Shown one piece after another: positions 27,453 to 36,982 of a stretch of 64,000 nt of DNA. The translations under genes and the position numbers were made by a program. Under the pieces are notes generated by a model. That model had not been told where the DNA came from, searched no databases, and worked only from the letters and a program-made list of their open reading frames with translations. Numbering within the stretch: position 1 is the first letter of the stretch; each line of letters opens with the position of its first letter. The stretch is from a virus. Location of the stretch: positions 32,001 through 96,000 of IMG/VR virus record IMGVR_UViG_3300047311_000323. One strand, given 5' to 3'.

Positions 27453-28676
27453 ATGGAACATCTACCTATTTCTACACACCTTATTCACCCACAAGCAATT
27501 GAGGTATGTCGAATCCTAAATCAAAACAACTATCAAGCCTTTATTGTGGGCGGATGTGTGCGAGACCTTCTCCTGGGGCAGACGCCCAAGGACTGGGACA
27601 TCACGACCGATGCTTCTCCTCAGAGAATCATGGAGATTTTCCCCAAGACTATTCCAACTGGCCTGCAACATGGTACGGTAACGGTCTGTATGGGCGAAGG
27701 TGTCGAAAACCACTTCGAGGTTACTACGTTCAGAATCGAAGGCGCATATTCAGACGGTCGTAGGCCCGATGAAGTCACTTTCGTAATGAATGTAGAGCAA
27801 GACTTGGCAAGGCGAGACTTAACCATCAATGCCATTGCTTATGACCCGCTTACCAATGTATGTGTAGACCCTTTTCACGGAATTGAAGACCTCCAACAAG
27901 GTCTAATTAGGGCAGTAGGTAATCCTGCTATCCGATTCCAAGAGGACGGCTTGCGCATCATGCGAGTGGCTCGATTTGCGGCTAGATTTGGCTACCAAGT
28001 AGAAGAAGAAACCATAAAGGGCATGTCAGAGAACCTAGAGACCTTGAAAAGGGTCTCAAAGGAGCGAATTCGAGATGAATTATGCAAGACTCTGATGGCT
28101 AGTAACCCAAATATAGGGTTGCGAATTCTATCTTCAACTGGGGCATTAAAAATAGCTGCTCCATCCTTGCGATTTCACCCTGAAGCTCGTGATTTCCCTT
28201 GGGCCGGTGAGTTAGAGACAAGAATAGCTGTTCTTTACCTTCATCGTCTCCAGGAAGTAGAGGCTGAACTAGAAAGTTTGAAATTCTCTAACCGAGAAAT
28301 CAAGAAAGTTTTACTGCTTCAGGAGCTGTTTGGACGCTGGTGGCGAGCGTCGCATTGGGGCGATTCCGAAGCCTATAAGGTGTTTATAAGCATCATCAAG
28401 AACCGATCCATAGACGACTACCCCTCTACCTTACAGCAATTTATAAGGTTGGGAGAGTCGCTTGGTTACCCCGTTCAAGAATGGCTTAATCTTTATCAAA
28501 ATGAAGTCGTTTTTGCTCGTAAAGAGATGCTGATAAATGGTAATGATTTGATGGAGGCCGGCATGCCTGCTGGTCCTAAATTGAAAATAGCTTTGGATAA
28601 GTGCTATAATGAAATTTTGCTTCATCCCGAGCATAATACCAAAGCTTACTTGCTAGAAGTAGCTAAGCGAGCTTAA
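27453..28676 (+). CDS. cca: Class II tRNA nucleotidyltransferase (CCA-adding enzyme)
   Basis: Motif A VGGCVRD..KDWD, C EVTTFR plus flexible loop EGAYSDGRRPD, B RRDLTINA, D EDGLR, E RVARF, C-terminal INGNDL...GPKLK. Start moved from GTG 27444 to ATG 27453. Confidence 0.93.
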   Translation: MEHLPISTHLIHPQAIEVCRILNQNNYQAFIVGGCVRDLLLGQTPKDWDITTDASPQRIMEIFPKTIPTGLQHGTVTVCMGEGVENHFEVTTFRIEGAYSDGRRPDEVTFVMNVEQDLARRDLTINAIAYDPLTNVCVDPFHGIEDLQQGLIRAVGNPAIRFQEDGLRIMRVARFAARFGYQVEEETIKGMSENLETLKRVSKERIRDELCKTLMASNPNIGLRILSSTGALKIAAPSLRFHPEARDFPWAGELETRIAVLYLHRLQEVEAELESLKFSNREIKKVLLLQELFGRWWRASHWGDSEAYKVFISIIKNRSIDDYPSTLQQFIRLGESLGYPVQEWLNLYQNEVVFARKEMLINGNDLMEAGMPAGPKLKIALDKCYNEILLHPEHNTKAYLLEVAKRA

Positions 28677-29224
28677 TCGTTCTTTGGGGCCTTGGATTTT
28701 ACATCTAGGGCCTTAAAGAGTTTATTATGAGTGCTTCTCAAAAAGTCTTTCTGAGTATCAGATAGCTTGTCTTTATCATTACGCAGTTGCTCATGAATTT
28801 GATGAGATAGTTCTTGAGAGTCTTTAAAGTCTAATGGCATCAACTGCAATTCGAATTGGACGCCATCAATATCTAGATTAACATCAGTTACTCCAGGATA
28901 TTCAAGTCCGCAATCATTGGTATCCTTTTTTTTAGAGTCTTTTACTTGGCCTTTGAATACTTTCTTAAGCAAGTCCACAACTTCTTTAGGATTGTATTCT
29001 TGAGAGAAGAAAAGCCTACCTCTGGCCAAATCTGGAAGGATGCCGGGATCGGATTCACGATCTCGCAGCATTTTCTTTTTGATGCTGAGGTATGGCTTTA
29101 AGTTGGTTTCCAACAGAAAATCATGTGGTGGCAAGTCTGCAAGCTGAGACTGCACGTGCTGCATAGCCTTGTTCAAACTGGGCATGAGGTGCATGTATTG
29201 CTTTCGAAGTTTCTTGGAGTCCAT
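28673..29224 (-). CDS. RelA/SpoT-like small alarmone-synthetase (SAS)-fold nucleotidyltransferase
   Basis: LKPYLSIKKK (RxKxxxSxxxK-like), DLARGR, Y loop, ELQL, ELSH. Start moved to ATG 29224, which follows the ATAW-N5-YATW motif at 29230-29243 and avoids overlap with the HNH gene. Confidence 0.7.
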   Translation of the reverse strand: MDSKKLRKQYMHLMPSLNKAMQHVQSQLADLPPHDFLLETNLKPYLSIKKKMLRDRESDPGILPDLARGRLFFSQEYNPKEVVDLLKKVFKGQVKDSKKKDTNDCGLEYPGVTDVNLDIDGVQFELQLMPLDFKDSQELSHQIHEQLRNDKDKLSDTQKDFLRSTHNKLFKALDVKSKAPKND

Positions 29225-29258
29225 GATTATATGCGGGGTTATAGACAGGCGAGGTTTC

Positions 29259-29936
29259 ATGACTAAATTACGAGATTTAACGGGCCAAAGATTCGGAAGA
29301 TTAATTGTTTTGGAGCGAGGTGAGAATCTATCACGCCCACCTTGTAAATCACATCCTAATGGAAAATCTAGAATCACATGGGTTTGTCAATGTGATTGCG
29401 GTACGATCAAAACAATTTCTGCTGAAAAGTTGTATCACAAAAAGAGCCCAACACGTTCTTGTGGTTGTTTAAACACTGACACTAATAGGGCTAAAGCTTA
29501 CTTAATGCATAAAGCCAATACTAAGTATCATCCTAGTATTGGAACAGCGCGCGGGATCTGGGCTAAAATATACAAAGATGGCCCCGATGGCCTTTCTTTT
29601 GAAGAGTTCTATGATCTTTCTCAAAAACCATGTCATTACTGTGGCTCTAAACCAAACAATTCTCAAAACAGTCCTATGAGTGATAAGTTAGCCTCAGCCT
29701 TTGCTAAAGAAAATGGCACATTTGTATATAATGGATTAGATAGAATAGATAGCACCAAACATCATACATTAGATAATGTAGTACCATGTTGTAAATGGTG
29801 CAATTATGCAAAAAGAGAGCGTACAACAGAAGAATTCAAAGCTTGGGCTAAACGATTACATGACAATTTGTTCATACAAAAAGAAACGGACTCTAATTGC
29901 TTAGAGTCCGTTTCGGAACTTGCTTTAGTCAGTTAA
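29259..29936 (+). CDS. Free-standing HNH homing endonuclease
   Basis: DLTGQRFGRL...WVCQCDCG...SCGC N-domain; CHYCG...GLDRIDS...NVVPCCKWCNYAK core. GAGG SD before ATG 29259. Confidence 0.88.
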   Translation: MTKLRDLTGQRFGRLIVLERGENLSRPPCKSHPNGKSRITWVCQCDCGTIKTISAEKLYHKKSPTRSCGCLNTDTNRAKAYLMHKANTKYHPSIGTARGIWAKIYKDGPDGLSFEEFYDLSQKPCHYCGSKPNNSQNSPMSDKLASAFAKENGTFVYNGLDRIDSTKHHTLDNVVPCCKWCNYAKRERTTEEFKAWAKRLHDNLFIQKETDSNCLESVSELALVS

Positions 29937-29941
29937 GCTTA

Positions 29942-30955
29942 TTAGGCTCCGACGACTACGCTCTTTCTACCAGCGGCACAGCCTCTTGGGTTAACAATGG
30001 CGATACCAATGATTTCGCTAACTACCCAACCCAACTTTAGTTGTTTTGGTTCATCGGCAGGGAGTACTTCAATATCCTGACGGATTGGCATTACTCCTAC
30101 AAATTCTGGATCGGCTACACCGTAGATGGTTCCAGGTGGAACAATCTTGCTGACCATGATGTCAGTACCCCAGATGTGGGCGTATAGACCGGTCTGTAGA
30201 ACTTCTCTCATAGTTACTGGATCGAAGTCACCACCACCAACACCTTGTCCACCACCAGAACCCCACTTGAGGATGTCAGTGAACTCGTTGATGTTCATGA
30301 AGTACTTAGTAGTTACTAAGTCCCAACGATCAATCTGTTGCTTGATTTCGACCAAGTCTCTCTTTAGAAGACCTGCATCGGCGATGTCAGTGAGAGTGTT
30401 CTCAACTGAGGCAGCGGCATCCAAGGCGGCAAAGATGTTTGCATCTTCTTGAGCCATGATTTCCTGACGTGCCTTTTGAACAGCTCTGTCAATGACGTTG
30501 AATCTACGACGCTTGACTTCAGCGATACGAACCGTTGGGTTCGCGTAGATTTCAAACTCTGGAACAACTACACGGTCACCGAATACACGGGACTCTGGAC
30601 CAGTACCGTTGGAAGAGATAACAACTGCGGCAACGTCGATATCTCTATCGTAAGTTGGAATTGCTCCCTGTGGTAGTGGGTCAACAACCAAGGCACGACG
30701 AGCGATACCATGGTAATCGAGGTTTCTACGGATTGGGTTTGCCATAGCCTGAGCTAGAGCAATCTTTCCGTCTTGAGTCATGATTGCGCGAGTGATCAAT
30801 TCATCACGCTTCTCATCGCTCAATGCTGGTTGACCAGCTAGTCCTTGGTTTGCAGGGACATTCTCTTCGAGAATGGCTGCGTACTTTACCAAGGCTTGCA
30901 ATGCATCCTTGAAAGATGAGGCGTTAATTTCGCCCTTGCCGCTAAACATATTCAT
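29942..30955 (-). CDS. Major capsid protein (HK97-like fold)
   Basis: 337 aa, strong AGGAG SD, highly biased codons; pattern DYxGIARR..VVDPLPQGA...ExxxIxIVNPRG; position next to decoration protein and protease. Confidence 0.85.
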   Translation of the reverse strand: MNMFSGKGEINASSFKDALQALVKYAAILEENVPANQGLAGQPALSDEKRDELITRAIMTQDGKIALAQAMANPIRRNLDYHGIARRALVVDPLPQGAIPTYDRDIDVAAVVISSNGTGPESRVFGDRVVVPEFEIYANPTVRIAEVKRRRFNVIDRAVQKARQEIMAQEDANIFAALDAAASVENTLTDIADAGLLKRDLVEIKQQIDRWDLVTTKYFMNINEFTDILKWGSGGGQGVGGGDFDPVTMREVLQTGLYAHIWGTDIMVSKIVPPGTIYGVADPEFVGVMPIRQDIEVLPADEPKQLKLGWVVSEIIGIAIVNPRGCAAGRKSVVVGA

Positions 30956-31013
30956 AGTTTCTCCTAGAAAAATTTGCCAGTCTTACCAGCTTATATTCTT
31001 ACGTTAAAAGGGT

Positions 31014-31076
31014 GAGAGGGGTCCTTGCGGACTTCGAGAATGACAAGCTTGCGCTTGGCATCTCCCCCAGCCTCTC
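31014..31076 (-). ncRNA. Candidate cis-regulatory structured RNA (three-way junction) in the capsid leader
   Basis: P1 GAGAGG/CCUCUC; P2 GAGAUGCCAAGC-GCAA-GCUUGUCAUUCUC; P3 GUCC-GCAA-GGAC. Both loops are GNRA on the coding strand. Confidence 0.6.
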
Positions 31077-31099
31077 GGCCAGAGAAGTTTATTCAGCTA

Positions 31100-31828
31100 T
31101 TAGCCGATTGGTGGTGCAAAGTAGATGGTTGCAAACGTAAAGGCTCTTGGTTGAACCGAGGATACGTTTCCAGATGGGCTATTCAAAGCAGCTACTAAGT
31201 AGTTTGGAGTGGTTACCAAAGAACCGTTGGTGTTGAACTCAACTAGAGAAGCAACGACTGGGGCGCCGGAGAGCTTGTTACCAGCAGCATTTGGAGTCAA
31301 AAGACCCAAACTGGTGAAGCTTAGTGCAGCACCGACTGTGAGGGCAACGTTAGTTGGAATCAAACCGTTAGCGGCAGTGTCTACTGCGTCTAGGGAGACT
31401 GCGTAGAGACCTGGCTTGTCCCAGCAAGTTGTCTTGCCAGAGCCGGTTGAGGTGTGAGGTCCGAGGACGGCTCCACCAGTTACTTGCTGTCCGACAGCTC
31501 CACCAACAACAGATCCAAAGAGAGTTCCGTATCCGGTAATACCGTCATCGGAGAGCATCAATGGACGAGATGCGTTAGTTAGAGAAGTCGATCCATCAAA
31601 CTTACGAGATACTGCTGGACGCTTAAACGTACCAGAGGTATTGACGTAACCGTCAAATACATCGTAAGCTGCTTGATCAAGACCTGCGGTTGTTACACCT
31701 GGTTGACCACTTGTAGTTACTGCGGCGAAAGATACCACTTCACCACCCTTGAGGGTCAAAACATCAGAGTCAAGACCGTCAAACTGACCTAAAGGCTGAG
31801 TGCCTGGTTGCAAAAGTTTTAGAGACAT
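31100..31828 (-). CDS. Capsid decoration/cement-like protein
   Basis: Immediately upstream of the MCP; strong codon bias; TGSGKTTCW..PGLY motif shared with 38342. Confidence 0.6.
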   Translation of the reverse strand: MSLKLLQPGTQPLGQFDGLDSDVLTLKGGEVVSFAAVTTSGQPGVTTAGLDQAAYDVFDGYVNTSGTFKRPAVSRKFDGSTSLTNASRPLMLSDDGITGYGTLFGSVVGGAVGQQVTGGAVLGPHTSTGSGKTTCWDKPGLYAVSLDAVDTAANGLIPTNVALTVGAALSFTSLGLLTPNAAGNKLSGAPVVASLVEFNTNGSLVTTPNYLVAALNSPSGNVSSVQPRAFTFATIYFAPPIG

Positions 31829-31976
31829 GGTTTTATCCTATTTAATCTATCAAATGCCCTTTGGGGCACGGTAACTTACACCTTTAACTTACAAAATTCA
31901 TAAAGCATACTCGTTTATTGATATGTTTTCAAATAAAAAGTTGCCTGTATTGCAAAGATATTGGGCTATGCCCAGA

Positions 31977-33263
31977 TTATTTGCCGAAAAGACCACCAAA
32001 TAGTCCCTTAGCTTCATCTTCAAGGGCGTCAAATGGACTTTTCTTCTTACCCTCTTCACTTGGAGCTGGAGTTTCACTACCACCACCGCCGGGTGTGGTT
32101 GGAGTTTTATCACCAGAAGGGGCAGTAAAGTTTGAAGACACTTCAGACTGACTTGTAGTCAATTCTTGTTGAGCCTTTTGCTTAATGCTTTCGACGCCCT
32201 GCATAACTTTGCCCAAATTAGCTAAGTCTACCTTCAAAGTTTGTAATGCATGCTTGACATCATCAAAATCATCAGCGACTAAACCGCCGCCACCATGCAA
32301 GAAGTCAACAGAGTCTACCAATGAAGATAACATGCCTTTTTGTGCAACAGCGCGCTGCTTGTAAGCGTCATTGCTGAAGCTAGCAATAGTGGTGTTGATA
32401 AATGGATAAGAGCTTGTCATTTGAGCTTGCAAATCTTGCACAGCTTTAATTGCATCATGAGTTTCAGGCTCATCTAGCATCTTCTTTAGCTCTTCAGCAT
32501 TTTTAGGAGTCTGCATCTTATCAAGAATTGGAATAGCCTTCATAACAGCAGTATTAAGTTTAGCTAACTCAGCTTTCAATTGCTGGAGAGTTTGAATGAA
32601 AGCTGGCGTGTAAGAATAACCGACTTCAAAATTCGTATTAGAATTTAGCAAGTCATCAATTTCAGCCGTGGCTTTTTCATAGTCTCTTGTCCAACCATCA
32701 CTGTGGAAACGCAAGTGTTGCTTAGCATAAATTGCGCCTATTACGATAGCGGCAGCGGCTAAGGCAGGAAGTACCCAGGCTGTTTTTTCAAGACTTTTTT
32801 TTTGAGACATCTGCTGAAGACAGACATCAGCCAATTTACGAAGTTCTTCGTTATCACGGGCGTCAAGCTCGTTGCCAATACGCACCAAAGAAAGCAACAA
32901 ATTCTTCCTGGCATATTTACGATTGATGAGGTGACCGTCCGGAGTCTTCATCACGATACGAATTCTGATGTTCTGGCCTTCGTTCTCGTTTTCGACGAGA
33001 CCGTTTAATTTATCATAAGATGGAGCGATGACAACAGAATCTGGATGCGCATCTTCAATGATGTTACGCTTGTATTCCATATCCTTTGGTAGCTCAGGCT
33101 TGGTATTGTATAGTTTGCTAATCTGCTCAATGGTTAACGAATCGAATCTTGGATTCGTCTCAGAGAAATCCTTCTCGGTATGCTCAGCCTTTTGTGCTGT
33201 AGACACGAGTCCCCTCTCTTGGGCAATTTTAGCAAAGCTTTCAAATATCTCACTTTTTCTCAT
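31977..33263 (-). CDS. Putative internal head/ejection protein
   Basis: N-domain paralogous to 36983; EKTA followed by hydrophobic WVLPALAAAAIVIGAIYA; coiled-coil body. Confidence 0.55.
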   Translation of the reverse strand: MRKSEIFESFAKIAQERGLVSTAQKAEHTEKDFSETNPRFDSLTIEQISKLYNTKPELPKDMEYKRNIIEDAHPDSVVIAPSYDKLNGLVENENEGQNIRIRIVMKTPDGHLINRKYARKNLLLSLVRIGNELDARDNEELRKLADVCLQQMSQKKSLEKTAWVLPALAAAAIVIGAIYAKQHLRFHSDGWTRDYEKATAEIDDLLNSNTNFEVGYSYTPAFIQTLQQLKAELAKLNTAVMKAIPILDKMQTPKNAEELKKMLDEPETHDAIKAVQDLQAQMTSSYPFINTTIASFSNDAYKQRAVAQKGMLSSLVDSVDFLHGGGGLVADDFDDVKHALQTLKVDLANLGKVMQGVESIKQKAQQELTTSQSEVSSNFTAPSGDKTPTTPGGGGSETPAPSEEGKKKSPFDALEDEAKGLFGGLFGK

Positions 33264-33314
33264 GTGTTTTCACCTAAAAGGAAATTATATTGATATGTTC
33301 CGATATGCCCGATT

Positions 33315-34430
33315 TTAGGGAGCACTTTTGGCTACATCATCGATAAAATAGTCTACCAATTGTTTTTTAGACGTGAACAATCCTGGTATGAACGTAATGG
33401 AACTTCCCTCATTATGAGTATTGTACCAAACGATATTGTCTTTAACTGCCTGAAATGCAGGACTGTTTCTTATTAAACCCTCTTTGCCATCAAGCCCATT
33501 GTATACGTCTTTTGTAAACTGAACAACCATATTCTCAATATTTTGAGGGTTATTGACTACCGGCATACTACTTGGCAACGGACTATCGCCTTTAGGCGGA
33601 AACTTTGTCTGGGTTGCTTTTGGACCGCTTGGAGGCGCTGGTGCAGACTCTGAGCTTTCTTGACCACGCTGATACGTGCCACTAAGAGCGCTTGGACGAC
33701 CCATTACTTCATTAGCAACATCGCCTGCTACCATTAGTCCGGCAGAGGCCAATGCAAGCTTAATGACCCAACCAAAAACTTTACCAAGTAAATTGGTGCC
33801 TTTTGATTTGGTGTTTCCAAAGAAACCAGCCATTTTAACAACTGGGTCCTTAGTAAGTCTCATTGCCTGGTTTTCATATTCAATGAGAGCTAGCCTAAAT
33901 ATTCTAGCATCACTCAGTAACTCAAGTGAGCTGTAGATTTTTTTATCATCAGCTTGGGCTTCGGCAGGTGCTTGCTGTCCTTGTTGCCTTTGTTTTAGAT
34001 CCTGAAGTCCTTTTGACTCTTCTTCTGGAGTTGGTGCCTGATTGTATTGTTGAGTGGTTGCTTCAGCAGCCGCATCAACTTCAGCAGAGGAAACTTTCTT
34101 ACCACCGCTAATCATTTCTTTGACTTTACCATACAAAGAAGTGAGCATGCCGCTAACGTCTACATGGAATACATCCATTAATAGACCAAGCAGAAATCCC
34201 CATTTACCAATTCCAAATGATTGGAATAGTAACCACAAAGCACCTGGCGCTAGAATATCTAGAACACTTTTGACAGGATTCTTTGGGTCTATTTGATGGC
34301 TAAAATAGTCCTTAGCTTTGCCAAGCAAATCTTGGACGAAGTTAGCCTTCTTATAGAATTTGGGGTCCGCTAATATGGTTTCTACAAGGAGTGTATCAAC
34401 ACAAAAGCTGACTTCACTATTGGATATCAT
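33315..34430 (-). CDS. Putative internal head/ejection protein with hydrophobic hairpins
   Basis: KKA and KMA motifs each followed by amphipathic or hydrophobic segments. Confidence 0.5.
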   Translation of the reverse strand: MISNSEVSFCVDTLLVETILADPKFYKKANFVQDLLGKAKDYFSHQIDPKNPVKSVLDILAPGALWLLFQSFGIGKWGFLLGLLMDVFHVDVSGMLTSLYGKVKEMISGGKKVSSAEVDAAAEATTQQYNQAPTPEEESKGLQDLKQRQQGQQAPAEAQADDKKIYSSLELLSDARIFRLALIEYENQAMRLTKDPVVKMAGFFGNTKSKGTNLLGKVFGWVIKLALASAGLMVAGDVANEVMGRPSALSGTYQRGQESSESAPAPPSGPKATQTKFPPKGDSPLPSSMPVVNNPQNIENMVVQFTKDVYNGLDGKEGLIRNSPAFQAVKDNIVWYNTHNEGSSITFIPGLFTSKKQLVDYFIDDVAKSAP

Positions 34431-35893
34431 TTTTGGCTTTTCACTTCTTGGTCAATACTATATCTCAATCTATTGAGAGTATCCATATTAGCCGTCTGAG
34501 GGCCACCAGGAGTTATTTGCTGCTGCATGGCACGGTAGTCAATATACTTTCCTCTAGCTGGATCTTGAGCAATTGTTTGTAGAGAGTTTACCAAGCGCTG
34601 GTATAACTGTCCAGCATACATGATAACTTCCATTAGTTGGTCAGCCGCAATCGTTGCGTAAGAACCATTTTGAAGCATGGACTTGAATTGATCTTTAGTC
34701 ATATTGTAGAGATTGATAGTATCAGTTCCACTGTAATATGATTTGAATTTCTTCATGCCAGCATCTAGTTTGTTAACCATATCTGTGACGGCCGGATCGT
34801 TAGCATACTGTCCATACAAAGTTAGGAACTTAGTAAGCTCTGGGAAACTGATGTATTGGCTGTTGAATGGCTTCAAAGAAGATAGCTGCATCAAAATCTG
34901 TGGTGATGCTGCGGCTAGACCGCCACCAGCTCCACCCGGTTTCTCTTGACCTGGCTGCTGTTGTCCGCCCAAATCACATCTGATTTCTGCAGCAATGGCT
35001 TTGACCTTTTGAGCATAAGCGGCAGCTACGGCTTTTGCATCGGCAGAAGTTGCTCTGGCTGCATTGAATGCAGCTCTCTGATTTAGAATCTTAAGCACGG
35101 CGCAATGATCAAACTCTGGGTGATTAATCATCATACCACCGGTATGTCCACCGATGTTGAGGCCAATCTTTTTATTACTCAGCCAAGCGTTTAGAGTAGT
35201 ACTATCTTTGAGATCGCCAAGTGTTAATGGAATATTGCCCTGAGTAGAGTACTGAGTAGGGTTTAGTTCTTGTGTCGTATTATCTGCAACAGTACTATCT
35301 GGTAGAGTCTTCTCTGGCTCTTTATATTGCTCGCTGATATCCAAATCAAGTTGCGTATTAGCATCTTGAATCAACTTTAGTAGCTGAACTTGGAACATAA
35401 CATTGTTCTTGAGCTTTGGATCTCCCTGAAGAGAAACTAGATAATTCTTCAAAGCTTCAGGATTGATCCAGTAAGCAACTACTGATCTATCTGGGGTAGC
35501 TAATGGTACAACAATTTCAGTACCTGGCTCGATTTTGAAATAACCATAGTCATCACTTGGACGCTCTCTATTTCCAGGATATACGATAGTACCGCCGCCA
35601 AATCTGGTTCCATTGCTGGAGAGCCACTGTACTAAATCTCCCATGCTGTCCATGTTGTGACTGAAAACATCAGCACCACTAGTTTCGTGAGTAATTGAGC
35701 CGCCGGGATCTTTGCCTGGAGTAATCTGATTCTTCAAATTATTCAAGATGGATTTTAGGGCAGTAGCGATTGGTTGTTCTGGTTGTGCAGTAGGCGCAGC
35801 TTGGCCCTTCTTCGCAAGCTTGGCCTCTGATTCAAGACCTGCTTGTAGAAGTTGACTAACTAACCAGGGATTTTCGTAAATCAATTTTGACAT
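34427..35893 (-). CDS. Putative internal head protein
   Basis: ATGA-coupled within the operon; KKG followed by a low-complexity linker. Confidence 0.5.
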   Translation of the reverse strand: MSKLIYENPWLVSQLLQAGLESEAKLAKKGQAAPTAQPEQPIATALKSILNNLKNQITPGKDPGGSITHETSGADVFSHNMDSMGDLVQWLSSNGTRFGGGTIVYPGNRERPSDDYGYFKIEPGTEIVVPLATPDRSVVAYWINPEALKNYLVSLQGDPKLKNNVMFQVQLLKLIQDANTQLDLDISEQYKEPEKTLPDSTVADNTTQELNPTQYSTQGNIPLTLGDLKDSTTLNAWLSNKKIGLNIGGHTGGMMINHPEFDHCAVLKILNQRAAFNAARATSADAKAVAAAYAQKVKAIAAEIRCDLGGQQQPGQEKPGGAGGGLAAASPQILMQLSSLKPFNSQYISFPELTKFLTLYGQYANDPAVTDMVNKLDAGMKKFKSYYSGTDTINLYNMTKDQFKSMLQNGSYATIAADQLMEVIMYAGQLYQRLVNSLQTIAQDPARGKYIDYRAMQQQITPGGPQTANMDTLNRLRYSIDQEVKSQK

Positions 35894-35894
35894 G

Positions 35895-36977
35895 TTAACC
35901 TAAATCCTTCCCCAATAGCTTTTCTTGCTGGGCCCAGATTTGATCAACTACATTTTGTGGAGTTACTTTAGATCCTTCTGGTATCAATTTCTTTAAAGCA
36001 TTCAAACTAAGCAAACTATCAATGGATACTTCTACTGGACCAGCGCCAAGGTCAACAGTAAATCCTTGAGGAAATTGTTGTTTCGCCAAATTTACTTGCT
36101 CTGGGGTTACTGGAGATTTGTATGACTTAAATGGTACAGAGTCTTCAATAAACTGTTGATAGGCTGGATGCTGCAAGATATTTTTCTTTACCTCATCATA
36201 CATCTTCTTAATGGCTTTGACGTGTTGAGTAACGACTGGAGCGGCTTCAACTTTTTGTTGTGGAGTTAGTGTGTTGTTTGGCGTTGCTGCTTTTTCCAAT
36301 TCAGCTAAAGATGATCTATCATAAGATGTAATTTGCATTTTCTTAGTGGCAAAACGATTTACATCATCTACGAAATCTAATAAACCAGAAGCGAATGCAT
36401 ATGCATCACGGACGGCGGCATTAGTACGAGGACCCCAAGCGCCATCAACAACTTTCTCTCCCTTTTTTGGATACCCAATACGATTCATAGTATCCATAAC
36501 TACGCTCATACGTGTTGGGTCATCAGGTTTCTTTTGAGAAACATCGGTAACATTAGGGTTCGGATCAAACTCAACACCTGGCACTTTGGTGTTTCTCATA
36601 TAGTTCTTGGCCAAGAATACTCCGAAAGCATCACGAGCCTTAGCTTCTTTTTCTTTTCTTGGGTCTCCACTAAATGCATCTTGTAGATTAATCTGTGAAG
36701 ATACTGCTTGCGCCAGCTCTTGAAGAGCTTGTTGCATTGACATGATGTTGACGTTGCCTCCGCCACCACCGGCACCACCACGACCTTGTGGTGCAACAGG
36801 CTTAGCGCTCCATGCATCACCTAAACCGCCAGGATCTGCAGTCGGAGCCGTAGTTGTACTAGCTGGAGTATTAGCAGGTGGCTTGTTAACCACTACATTA
36901 TCCAATTCGCCCTCGGCTATCTTTTTGATTTCTGCGACTATTTTTCTTAGCCTTGATTCTGTCATGATTTTATCCAT
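35895..36977 (-). CDS. Putative internal head protein with a peptidoglycan-binding-like motif
   Basis: VDGAWGPRTNAAV resembles the DGxxGxxTxxA motif of PG_binding_1 domains; KKIA near the N-terminus. Confidence 0.5.
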   Translation of the reverse strand: MDKIMTESRLRKIVAEIKKIAEGELDNVVVNKPPANTPASTTTAPTADPGGLGDAWSAKPVAPQGRGGAGGGGGNVNIMSMQQALQELAQAVSSQINLQDAFSGDPRKEKEAKARDAFGVFLAKNYMRNTKVPGVEFDPNPNVTDVSQKKPDDPTRMSVVMDTMNRIGYPKKGEKVVDGAWGPRTNAAVRDAYAFASGLLDFVDDVNRFATKKMQITSYDRSSLAELEKAATPNNTLTPQQKVEAAPVVTQHVKAIKKMYDEVKKNILQHPAYQQFIEDSVPFKSYKSPVTPEQVNLAKQQFPQGFTVDLGAGPVEVSIDSLLSLNALKKLIPEGSKVTPQNVVDQIWAQQEKLLGKDLG

Positions 36978-36982
36978 GGTGA

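Noticed and set aside
17618-29224. CBASS-like operon (patatin plus nucleotidyltransferase)
   Set aside because: The genes are ~10 kb apart with structural genes between them. Neither transferase shows CD-NTase features; they are class II CCA-type and SAS-type.
29225-29377. N-terminal extension of the SAS-like ORF (and 29169-29258 of the HNH ORF)
   Set aside because: The extensions overlap each other. Downstream ATGs have better signals: the late motif for 29224 and a GAGG SD for 29259.
31014-31076. Canonical hammerhead ribozyme
   Set aside because: The topology fits, but the core reads CUGGGG and GAA-G...C-C instead of CUGANGA and GAAA...UH. Kept only as an unknown structured RNA.
31855-31974. 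Small hairpins (TGCCC/GGGCA, TGGGC/GCCCA) near the decoration gene
   Set aside because: Only 5-bp stems without a convincing U-tract; not distinguishable from chance.
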